Positions 36,022-44,285 of a stretch of DNA of 64,000 bases are shown here, piece by piece (positions within the stretch are counted from its first letter, which is position 1; every line of letters begins with the position of its first letter). This DNA comes from an uncultured Planctomycetales bacterium (GTDB lineage: Bacteria > Planctomycetota > Phycisphaerae > UBA1845 > PWPN01): contig CAZPIO010000008.1 of NCBI GenBank assembly GCA_964586235.1, positions 19,893 to 83,892 of the forward strand, written 5' to 3'. Made by a program: the position numbers and the translations under genes. Under the pieces are notes generated by a model that saw nothing but the letters and a program-made list of their open reading frames with translations, ran no database searches and was not told the DNA's origin.

Positions 36022-38391
36022 TCAACTGGCGGCGTCGACGGTCTCCTCGGTGTTTTCGTAACCGTATCCATAGCCGTAGCCGTAACCGTAGCCGTAGCCA
36101 CCGAGGCCATGGTGGCCGCCAACAAGGATCGTCCCCAGGAGTGTGCCCCCCGAGGCGCTCAGATAAGCGTACGCCTGGGTGGCCTCAGGCCGGCGGCAGT
36201 GCCGGGCTTTCAGGACCATCACTGTCCCGTCCACCTGCCGGGCAAGCATCCCGGCATCGGCCACCACCAGGACCGGCGGCCCATCGAGAAGAATCAGGTC
36301 ATATTGTTGTTTCCATCTCTTCAGACATTTCGACAGAACACCGTTTCCGAGCGATTCCGTGTTGAAACCCTCGGGCCTCTCGCCGGCCAGGAGCAGGTCG
36401 AGCCCGCTGGCCTCGTCGTGGACGATCGGATCGCCACTATGAGCCAGACCGGCCAGCAGGGTAACCAGCCCCTTGTCCTGCTCGAGGCCGAGCCGCCGGC
36501 CCAGACACGGACGTCGCAGATCAACCTCGACCAGAAGAACCTTCTTCCCAAGCTGCACGACGCTTCTGGCCAGCAAAACCGAGACGCTGGTCTTTCCCGT
36601 TTGCGGAGTCGGGCTGGTCACCAGGATCACCGGAGCCTGCATGCCCTGCAGGTGCTCCAGCAGGGTCGTGCGGATCATGCGGATGCTCTCCAGCAGCGCG
36701 GCGGGAGAGTTGGCGATCGGGTCAACCGGGAATGGCGATTGGCACACCTGCCCAAGGAACGGCACCCGAAGGCTCTTGGTCACGTCGCCGGCCTCACGGA
36801 TGGTCGTGTCTGCATTTCCTCGCAGATAGGCGAGGGCTATCCCGGCCAATAATCCCCCGACAACCGCCCCAACGGTCATGAGTATCCGCCGGTCGTTGCT
36901 GGGTTCCGCGGGCAGCAGACCGTGGGAAGCGATCTGGATCCGGGCCGGTCCCTTGCCTTCGACCTGCAGTTCCTCGATTCGGGCCGCGATGGCCCCGCTG
37001 ACTTCGACGTTCTTGCTGGTTTTCGCGTCGAGGTCGGCTATCTGCCGGGAGACTTCGCCGACCTCCTTCAGCTCGGCCCGTACTTTCTTGATATCCTCAT
37101 CGAGCAGCTTCAGCTTCTGCTCATGCTCCTGCGCGAGGACCTCAAGAGCAGCCTGGTCGGGTGTCCCCGCCAGGCCCGGGGTCCCGGCCGATCCGGCGAT
37201 CCTTGCCGCCTGCTGGTCCGCGCGGAGTTGTTCCTCCCGCTCCTGCCTGAGCTGTTCCACGAACCGCAGTTGAGCCTGGAGCTCCTTCATTCTCGGATGG
37301 GCTTCCGCCAGTTTCTCGGCGGCGCGCTCAATCTCATAGCGGGCCCTTTTGACTTCCAGGTTGCGAGCCCTCCAGTCGGCGTCGTACACGTACCAGCCGG
37401 CGGAGGACCCGGCCGGGGCCGTCGCGGTCGCCGGATCCGCCGTGACGGCGGCCGGCTGACTGGCGGCAGATGACAACCTGCCAAGCTGCCACCGGACGAC
37501 GTTGAGACTCCGCTCCACCTCGCCGAATTCGAACTCCAGCTTCCGCAGGTCCGTGCCAAGCTGGGCCCGGCGCTGTTCCGAATCGACGGCACCCATCTGC
37601 CTGAGGAACAGGAATTTCTGGTCCCTGAGACCGGCGATCATCCGCTCGCGGTCATTCCGCTCGGCCTTCAGGGTCTCAATCAGCGTGGAGTCGCGATTCC
37701 TCTCCTGGCTGTCACTGATGGTCTGATACTCGTCTACCACGGCATCAACGATGATCTGCGCGTCAGAGGCCTTCAGTGTGCTGATGGACACGTCGATCAG
37801 TTCCGTTTGGGGCCGCACCTGAACCTTGAGGTCGTCCCTCAGCCGGTTCAGACGCGGTACGGGGTCGCCCCAGAGCGAGCGCCGTTCCGCCTTGTACCAG
37901 TCGGTCTTCTGGACGTCGCTGCGGTCGAGCACGCGTTCGAGAACGCGCGGATCGCGAATCAATGAGACCTGCGTGTTCAGGAAGCTCTGATACAGCGGCA
38001 CGATCCCGTTGTCTTCGGTCTTGAACACGATCCGGGAAACCACCGGCGACACCCGAACGACCGCCGTCGACTGGTAGGTCGGTTTGATGAAAACCCATAT
38101 CGGCGGAATGGCAAGGACGCAAACCGCCAGGCATATGCCGCCGATCAACCACTTCTGCCGGAGCAGCATCGGGGCGATGGATCGGCTCGCGGGCGCCCGC
38201 TCTCCGGACGGGGAGTTGAGAAGCAGGCTGCCGCCCTCCTGCTCCGGCTGAGGCGGCATTTCAGGCTCGTGTGCCGGCGTGAGCGGCGCGAGAGGGCCGC
38301 CGGAACCCACGATCGTCGATTCGCTGTTGTCGGAAGGCATTGAAATATACTCCTGGTCTCGTTTTACCCTCGGCAGTTCGTCACTTGTCAT
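36022..38391 (-). CDS. Polysaccharide co-polymerase fused to bacterial tyrosine (BY) kinase (Wzc/GumC-like)
   Basis: Wzz-type N-terminal TM plus a long coiled-coil periplasmic region and a second TM. Kinase motifs are Walker A 'TSPTPQTGKTSVS', A' 'VLLVEVDLRRP' and B 'DLILLDGPPVL'. The C-terminal Tyr cluster is 'GGYGYGYGYGYGYGYEN'. ATGA overlap with the stop of the upstream GT26 gene. Confidence 0.9.
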   Translation of the reverse strand: MTSDELPRVKRDQEYISMPSDNSESTIVGSGGPLAPLTPAHEPEMPPQPEQEGGSLLLNSPSGERAPASRSIAPMLLRQKWLIGGICLAVCVLAIPPIWVFIKPTYQSTAVVRVSPVVSRIVFKTEDNGIVPLYQSFLNTQVSLIRDPRVLERVLDRSDVQKTDWYKAERRSLWGDPVPRLNRLRDDLKVQVRPQTELIDVSISTLKASDAQIIVDAVVDEYQTISDSQERNRDSTLIETLKAERNDRERMIAGLRDQKFLFLRQMGAVDSEQRRAQLGTDLRKLEFEFGEVERSLNVVRWQLGRLSSAASQPAAVTADPATATAPAGSSAGWYVYDADWRARNLEVKRARYEIERAAEKLAEAHPRMKELQAQLRFVEQLRQEREEQLRADQQAARIAGSAGTPGLAGTPDQAALEVLAQEHEQKLKLLDEDIKKVRAELKEVGEVSRQIADLDAKTSKNVEVSGAIAARIEELQVEGKGPARIQIASHGLLPAEPSNDRRILMTVGAVVGGLLAGIALAYLRGNADTTIREAGDVTKSLRVPFLGQVCQSPFPVDPIANSPAALLESIRMIRTTLLEHLQGMQAPVILVTSPTPQTGKTSVSVLLARSVVQLGKKVLLVEVDLRRPCLGRRLGLEQDKGLVTLLAGLAHSGDPIVHDEASGLDLLLAGERPEGFNTESLGNGVLSKCLKRWKQQYDLILLDGPPVLVVADAGMLARQVDGTVMVLKARHCRRPEATQAYAYLSASGGTLLGTILVGGHHGLGGYGYGYGYGYGYGYENTEETVDAAS
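36058..36099 (-). repeat. Hexanucleotide (TAC-GGN)x7 microsatellite encoding the (YG)7 tail of the BY-kinase
   Basis: Plus-strand 'gta acc gta tcc ata gcc gta gcc gta acc gta gcc gta gcc', read directly. Confidence 0.9.
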
Positions 38392-39149
38392 TGTGCCGGC
38401 TGCCGCAACCTTGACTTGAGAACATCGAACACGAACAACGGCAGCACCGCTTGTCTGGCCAATCTTCCGGGCTGAACCATCAGGCGATACAGGAACTCCG
38501 TTCCCGTTCGTCGGAAGAGGCGCGGTGCCCGCCGGGCTTTTCCACTGAGGACGTCAAAACTCCCACCTACCCCCATGCAGAAGGGCACGGCGAGAACCGC
38601 CCGATTCCTGGCGATCCAGTACTCCTGCCTCGGAGAACCGAGCGCCACAAAGAGCAGGTCGGCCTTGCTGTTGTTGATCCTGTCAACCAGGCCGGCATCG
38701 TCCGGCTGATAGCCATGTTCAGCACCTGCGATCCGCAGGGTCGGATACCTGTCGACGAGCGCCGCACGAGCACCCTCGTTGGATTCGGGCGAAGCGCCGT
38801 AGAGAAAAATGGACCAGCTTTCGACGGACGCGGCACGGGCCAGCTCCAGGAAAAAATCGACGCCCGTGCAGCGCCGAAGCCTGTGCCCATAGAGCACCCG
38901 CGCGGCGATCGCGACGCCGATACCGTCGCATATCCCAACCTCGAATCCGTTCAACGCGGAGCGCAAGGCCGGGTCGCGCGTCGCATGCATGATCTTCTCG
39001 GGGTTGATGGCCACGGCGCATCTCCGCGAACGCTCCCGGATACCCCCGGCGACGCAGTCAACGGCCTCCTGATACGAGGCAAAGGGCGTGACGGAAACAC
39101 CCATGATCCGCAGGGGCTGGGGCAGAGAATTGGACTGGGCCACGCTCAT
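38388..39149 (-). CDS. WecB/TagA/CpsF-family glycosyltransferase (GT26)
   Basis: 'AINPEKIMHA', 'ICDGIGVAIAAR', 'LLFVALGSPRQEYW' and 'MGVGGSFDVLSGKARRAP' are characteristic GT26 blocks. The ATG at 39149 has an AAGGAG SD. Confidence 0.85.
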   Translation of the reverse strand: MSVAQSNSLPQPLRIMGVSVTPFASYQEAVDCVAGGIRERSRRCAVAINPEKIMHATRDPALRSALNGFEVGICDGIGVAIAARVLYGHRLRRCTGVDFFLELARAASVESWSIFLYGASPESNEGARAALVDRYPTLRIAGAEHGYQPDDAGLVDRINNSKADLLFVALGSPRQEYWIARNRAVLAVPFCMGVGGSFDVLSGKARRAPRLFRRTGTEFLYRLMVQPGRLARQAVLPLFVFDVLKSRLRQPAQ

Positions 39150-39197
39150 CGCTCCTTTCAAAGTGACGGGGTCAGTCGCGCAAGGCTGGTTCGCGGA

Positions 39198-40778
39198 TCA
39201 CGTCGGCTGGCGCAGCGGCCAGGAGGGTGGAGTTTCCTTTTCATTCCGTCGCCGCCGGCTCTCAACGCGAACCCCGTTGTGCCCGAGCGGGCGCAGCCTG
39301 GAGTGTGCCGGACCACCGCCGGACACCGGGACGTCAACATCAGGAGGCATGGCGAATTCGTCGATGAGACGGTTGAAGAGGGTCACTCGCCGTCCCGCCG
39401 ACTCAAGAGAACCGTTCTGCTTGACCGTGGCCTCGATCTGGAGCGGGCAGGACCTGGGGCTGTGGTTAAGGGGCACCACGATACGCATGCCGACGGGCGT
39501 CGCTCCGTTACGCTCCGTGCAGCGCCAGGTCCGTATGCGGCGGTCCGGATGGCCCCGGCTCCTGGTCAGCGATATTTCGACAAACGCAAGCCCCTCGGCA
39601 GCCCTGCACACCGCCCCCCACCACGCCTCAAAAGACACCGCCTCACGCAACAGGAGCTGCATCATCTCGAATCGCCGTTTCTCTTCCTTCCTCTCGCTGG
39701 CCATCGTGAAGTTGCGCCGGGCCACCGCCAGGCTGTCGCCAAGCCTCACCGCTCCAAAAAAGCGGAATGCGAAGAGCAGGAAACATATCGCGACCCCGAA
39801 AATCAGCAGCGTCAGCCTGTCATGAACGATCATCATCAGCATGCCGGTACCGGTTGCCGCCAGAGTCACTCCGTACAGGACCAGCACGGCCTGCCGATGG
39901 GCAAGACCGCGCTCCAGGAGCCTGTGGTGTATGTGACGGCGATCGGGCGCGAACAAGGACCTGCGCTCCAGAACTCGCCGCAGCATGCTGAAGAGAGTGT
40001 CGAACAGGGGAACGCCCAGGGCGATCAGCGGAAGGCCCAGGCCGGCCACGGTGGCGTACTTCGCGCCTGAAAGCATACTGCAGCCCGCGACGGCAAAGCC
40101 CAGGAAGAGGCTTCCGCAGTCGCCCAGGAAAATCCTGGCCGGGTTGAAATTGAAGACCAGAAAGCCGATCAGGCTTCCCAGAAACGCAAGCATGAATACG
40201 GATGCGATAGGCAGCGATGCATGTATGGAGATCATTGCGATGACGCCGCAGGCGACCGCGGAGATGCCGGCAGCCAGGCCGTCGAGGCCGTCGATGAGGT
40301 TGACCGCGTTGGTGATCGCCGTCACCCATAGGATCGTGGCGAACAGCGAAAACCATCCGAGATCGATGACCAGGTTCTCGGTCAGGCCGATGGAGTCGAT
40401 TCGCGTACCCGACAGGTAGAGGATCACGGCGGCAACCACCTGCGCAAGCAGCTTGTGACGGGCCCTAAGGCCGACAACATCATCGACAAGCCCGACCGCG
40501 AAAATGAACAAGCCCGCCCCCAGCAGCGCGAAGACCTGCAGTTGCAGGGCATTAAAAGCGTTTCCGACGGGGTTCTGCAGAAGGAGGACGGGGAGCGTGG
40601 CGGCTGTGACCGCGATGAGTATCACCAGACCGCCGAGACGAGGAATTTCTGATCGATGGACCTTGCGCGGGCCCGGTTTGTCCACCACGCGTGTTCGTCG
40701 GGCAAACCGAATGACCAGTGGCGTAGCCAGCATCGACACGATCATCGCTATGAGGAAAACAACAGTGTAGGTTTTCAT
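39198..40778 (-). CDS. Polyprenyl-phosphate HexNAc-1-phosphate transferase (MraY/WecA family) with ~180-aa C-terminal extension
   Basis: 'VVDKPGPRKVHRSEIPRLGGL', 'NAVNLIDGLDGLA' and 'GDCGSLFLGF' are WecA/MraY family motifs. The protein is 526 aa, against ~350-370 aa for typical WecA. The tail after the last TM helix has no motif I recognise. Confidence 0.85.
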   Translation of the reverse strand: MKTYTVVFLIAMIVSMLATPLVIRFARRTRVVDKPGPRKVHRSEIPRLGGLVILIAVTAATLPVLLLQNPVGNAFNALQLQVFALLGAGLFIFAVGLVDDVVGLRARHKLLAQVVAAVILYLSGTRIDSIGLTENLVIDLGWFSLFATILWVTAITNAVNLIDGLDGLAAGISAVACGVIAMISIHASLPIASVFMLAFLGSLIGFLVFNFNPARIFLGDCGSLFLGFAVAGCSMLSGAKYATVAGLGLPLIALGVPLFDTLFSMLRRVLERRSLFAPDRRHIHHRLLERGLAHRQAVLVLYGVTLAATGTGMLMMIVHDRLTLLIFGVAICFLLFAFRFFGAVRLGDSLAVARRNFTMASERKEEKRRFEMMQLLLREAVSFEAWWGAVCRAAEGLAFVEISLTRSRGHPDRRIRTWRCTERNGATPVGMRIVVPLNHSPRSCPLQIEATVKQNGSLESAGRRVTLFNRLIDEFAMPPDVDVPVSGGGPAHSRLRPLGHNGVRVESRRRRNEKETPPSWPLRQPT

Positions 40779-41045
40779 GGCTGCAGATCCATTCTGAAAT
40801 AGACGGCGGTCGTAGTCGGCTCAAGAAGCTGAAAGCGGGCGGTCCCCGGCAGACTTGCCCGGCATGTCGTGATCGCGGTTCAGGGTCTGGTGATGGGGAA
40901 GCATGCAGCGGCCTTCTGCCCAGGCGCCTCGGGAGGCCTCACCCTCCCCACCAGACCCCCAGCCGTACGTGCGCTGTGGTCAGCGATCCGGACGATCCTG
41001 TCGCACACGCTTATCCCGGACCGGCCGGCCCGGTGTGCTGTTACC

Positions 41046-43124
41046 TCATACAAGCTGGCTCTGGCCGTGCATGCCTCGGCTGCGCAGGGCCGGTCGCCGG
41101 ACGGGATCACTGAAAGCGATCACGCTTCGCAGAGCAGTGTTGCCGTCGACCGTGCATCGTGCGACAAGCGTTACGGTCGGAGTCTTCCTGTGGTATCCGT
41201 CACTCACCCACCCCCCGATGGGCGCCTCGCTCCCTTCCAGCGTGTGAATCACCAGCCGCTCATCGAGTTCGAAGATCAACTGTCCGGCGCCCGTGTCCAC
41301 GGCGAACCTGTTCGCTTCGTGCTCGAGGACGCGGCATTGCGGGGCGAGGTGGAAGAACAGCTTCACCTCATGTTGCCCGGCCGTGATGAGCTCATCGAGG
41401 ACCGACAGGCTGCGGGCGGCGCCGTCCAGTTCCAGCCGGCGCCTGTGAATCACCGGCGACTTGAGACGCGTGTAGCCGTCATGCTCGCCGACGACCGTCC
41501 CCCCGTTAGCGCTGACCTCAAAGTGCAGACACCGGGCCCGAGCCCGTGCACCCCACAAGAAACGCCCGGCCATGACAGATTGATCGCAGTCATCGACCAG
41601 AAGCGTATTGTGAGCTCTGGTGCTCCGGAAATACTCCCGCCAGGCCGGAAAGCGGAAGTAGTCATACGTTCCGGGGTCCACCAGCACCGGCGTGCCGGAC
41701 AGGCGCAAGGTGAAGCTCAGCGCGTCGGCATGGCCGTGACCGGCCAGGGGCGGCAGTCCAAGCTCGCCACAGTCAAAAACGACGCTCATACAGCCGTCGC
41801 GGCCTGCTTGCCCATGCTGCAGCACGTAATACCCGGTTTGTGGAAAGCCCTTGCTGGACAGCCGGCCATCCCATGCCCTTTTGTCGTCGTACACAAGCCG
41901 TTCATATGCCTCCCGGCCGAGCGACCACAGGACCGATTCACCGGATCTGGACGCCAACGCCCTGAAATCGCTGCGATCCCACAAGGCTGCTCCTACCGCC
42001 AGCAGGCTTCGAACGCGGTCACCGCCTTCTCCGAGATCCAGCACGTACCCATCGTCACAGTCGCCGAGCATCGGCGGCCCGTCACCACCTTCGGTCAGCG
42101 CGGCCAGGAAACCGAACATCCTCCCCAGCCGTTCCCAATAAGATGGCGGGAAATCGCAGCCGCAGTTCCGAGCCGCCAGTCCTGCCACCAGAAAGAACTC
42201 GAGTACAAACAGGTGGTACCCCATTGACAACTCGCGGTGGCCGCCGTCCTCGTGCGTTTGCGTCTGCATTTCTCGCAGCAGAATCGCGCGGGCCTCCTGC
42301 CTCCAGGCATGCGCCCCACGAAAGCCGGAGAAGTAACAACTGCCTACGAACACGCCGGCCGCTTCGCCGACCAGATGGTTGCCTACGGAGGAATAGCGCG
42401 AGTACTTCCTGGATATCTCCCACAGATGACGATACACCGCTGTCAGCAGCCTGGCCTGGAAATCGTCGCTGAGCCGCAGCGCCGGCCGAATCAGCTCCAG
42501 TGCCCAGACCCAGTTGATCAGGCGAATGGCCAGCTCCAAGGGGCTTCGCCAGTTCATCCCGCGACCAAACGGGCATTGTTGCAGCCAGCTCTCCAGGTGC
42601 TCAATGACCTTGTGAGCGTAAGTCGGGTTGCCGGTGAGCCGGTAGGCGCGGCCCAGTACCACCAGGTGCTGATGCCGGTTGAGCTCCCACACCAGCTTGG
42701 CATCTCCGGTCAAAGCGTAGTCACGATAGTCGATCGCCGCGGCAGACCCGAGCGGAGTCGGTTGCTGAGCCTCATACTCGTAGTTCCAGTTCAGGGGACG
42801 CTGCCCTGGCACATCCAGGATGCTGAGGAAACGCAGGTGATTCCCGCAGATCGTGTCAGCCCGCGCGATCAGAGCGGCACGCCACCCGTCGGCTCCCGGC
42901 AAATCCTTCAGTTGTTCTGACGACGGGAGCTGTCTCAGCACGTCTGGGCATGTGGGATCTCCATTACAGCCGGCCGTTGTAAGACGTCCAGGGGAGATCG
43001 GCCTGGCCCGCAACCACAGCAGACACCGGTCTGTCCAAGCCTGGATCGCAGCCCCGGCGCGCCAGCAGACCTCCGCGGGCGACATGAACCTGAGCCGGCG
43101 AGCGTACCACTGCAAAGACTGCAT
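41046..43124 (-). CDS. Heparinase II/III-family protein (alginate-lyase-like N-domain plus Hepar_II_III C-domain)
   Basis: 'NWRSPLELAIRLINWVWAL', 'VGNHLVGEAAG' and 'GHGHADALSFTL' are family hallmarks. The ATG at 43124 has a GGGAGGA SD. Confidence 0.85.
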   Translation of the reverse strand: MQSLQWYARRLRFMSPAEVCWRAGAAIQAWTDRCLLWLRARPISPGRLTTAGCNGDPTCPDVLRQLPSSEQLKDLPGADGWRAALIARADTICGNHLRFLSILDVPGQRPLNWNYEYEAQQPTPLGSAAAIDYRDYALTGDAKLVWELNRHQHLVVLGRAYRLTGNPTYAHKVIEHLESWLQQCPFGRGMNWRSPLELAIRLINWVWALELIRPALRLSDDFQARLLTAVYRHLWEISRKYSRYSSVGNHLVGEAAGVFVGSCYFSGFRGAHAWRQEARAILLREMQTQTHEDGGHRELSMGYHLFVLEFFLVAGLAARNCGCDFPPSYWERLGRMFGFLAALTEGGDGPPMLGDCDDGYVLDLGEGGDRVRSLLAVGAALWDRSDFRALASRSGESVLWSLGREAYERLVYDDKRAWDGRLSSKGFPQTGYYVLQHGQAGRDGCMSVVFDCGELGLPPLAGHGHADALSFTLRLSGTPVLVDPGTYDYFRFPAWREYFRSTRAHNTLLVDDCDQSVMAGRFLWGARARARCLHFEVSANGGTVVGEHDGYTRLKSPVIHRRRLELDGAARSLSVLDELITAGQHEVKLFFHLAPQCRVLEHEANRFAVDTGAGQLIFELDERLVIHTLEGSEAPIGGWVSDGYHRKTPTVTLVARCTVDGNTALRSVIAFSDPVRRPALRSRGMHGQSQLV

Positions 43125-43134
43125 CGATCCTCCC

Positions 43135-43521
43135 TCAACTCACCAGTTCCAGCCCTGCATCGGGGTCCAGGTCGGTGAAGGACTTCGGCTGAACCGGCAC
43201 GAAGGGGAATTCGGTCTCTACCCGGGACCAGTCGATCCGAGTGCCCTTCGACAAGCTCTCGGTCAGAATCTTCTGGACCTCCGGCCAGACACCCGCGAGC
43301 TGCCAGTCACGCAGACGGCGAAGACAGGTCATGCCGCAACCGCAGCCTAACTCGGCCGGCAGGTCGCCCCACGCAATCCCCGTCCGCAAAACAAAAACAA
43401 TCCCGGTCAGCGCTTGCCGGTCCGAAAGCGCCGGCCTGCCCCCCTTCGGCCGTCGCCGGCGAACAGGCAGCCTTTCCTTGACCAATTCCCAGACTCGGTC
43501 GGGCAACACTTGTGTAGGCAT
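43135..43521 (-). mobile_element. IS5/IS1182-group transposase N-terminal fragment (DUF4096 region only); IS remnant/pseudogene
   Basis: 'GRPALSDRQALTGIVFVLRTGIAWGDLPAELGCGCGMTCLRRLRDWQLAGVWPEV...IDWSR' matches the N-terminal HTH/DUF4096 part of IS5-family transposases. No DDE domain follows: the frame runs into the SD of the next gene. I did not identify any inverted repeats. Confidence 0.7.
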
Positions 43522-43688
43522 GAGGTCTATCCTTGCGATCAGCTAAACGTGTCCATCGAGCGGCAATTACGTGAAGTGCCTTGCAGCGGTGTGTGGTCTT
43601 CAGACGGGTCCGTCTGGACTCCGTCCCCGTCGACTAAGCTCATTCTTGGCCGTAACCGCTTGGGAAGAAGTGAGTTATGGCCTTTCTG

Positions 43689-44285
43689 CTAGTCGATTGC
43701 TTCAAGCATGGCAGGGTCGATTTCGAGCTCCGCCGACTGGCCAAGCGTCTCGACCCCTACATAGATCCGGCACGAACCGCGTCGCCGGAGCACAACGCCC
43801 TCCAGGCCCGCCAGACTCCCTCGCACGATCCGGCAGCGCCGGCCGCGACACAGGTGTGGATACAGGTCCACTGATTCGCTGCTGGTGGTGACGAGGTACA
43901 CATGACGGAGTTCCGTTCTCAGTTGCCCCTGGTCCACCACGTTGATGACGGCCGCCGCCCGATGCGTGAGTAACGTCGCATACCGTTCGTCGTCGCCGCC
44001 GCACATGAAGAGGTAACCAGGAAAGAGCGGTATCTCGGTTAATGAAACGTGGCCGGCGTGCTTCCGCCGCGTTCGAACCAGCGGAAGAAAGTAACCGATT
44101 CTCATGGCGGTCAGGTCGCCAGCCAATGCTTTCTCATTGCGTGACTTGGTGTGAACCAGCCACCATCGTCCGTCGTATATGTCGACCGGGCAAGCCGCAG
44201 GACCGTCGAGCATGCGGATCCGACCCGCCATCGCCGGTGCCGCCTCCGTCTGACTGCTCGCTGCTCGACCATCCATCGCCATCAC
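43689..44285 (-). CDS. NusG-paralog transcription antiterminator (RfaH/UpxY-like), first gene of the EPS operon
   Basis: NGN domain 'WWLVHTKSRNEKALAGDL...IPLFPGYLFM' and KOW motif 'GRRCRIVRGSLAGLEGVV'. Positioned at the head of a ~22-kb co-directional polysaccharide gene train. The start could be an internal ATG (e.g. 44213). Confidence 0.8.
   Translation of the reverse strand: MMAMDGRAASSQTEAAPAMAGRIRMLDGPAACPVDIYDGRWWLVHTKSRNEKALAGDLTAMRIGYFLPLVRTRRKHAGHVSLTEIPLFPGYLFMCGGDDERYATLLTHRAAAVINVVDQGQLRTELRHVYLVTTSSESVDLYPHLCRGRRCRIVRGSLAGLEGVVLRRRGSCRIYVGVETLGQSAELEIDPAMLEAID

Noticed and set aside
39300-39560. PilZ domain in the WecA C-terminal extension
   Set aside because: 'RRIRTWR' and 'NGSLES' only approximate the RxxxR and (D/N)xSxxG motifs, and their spacing is longer than typical. 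It is kept only as a hypothesis to test by HMM.
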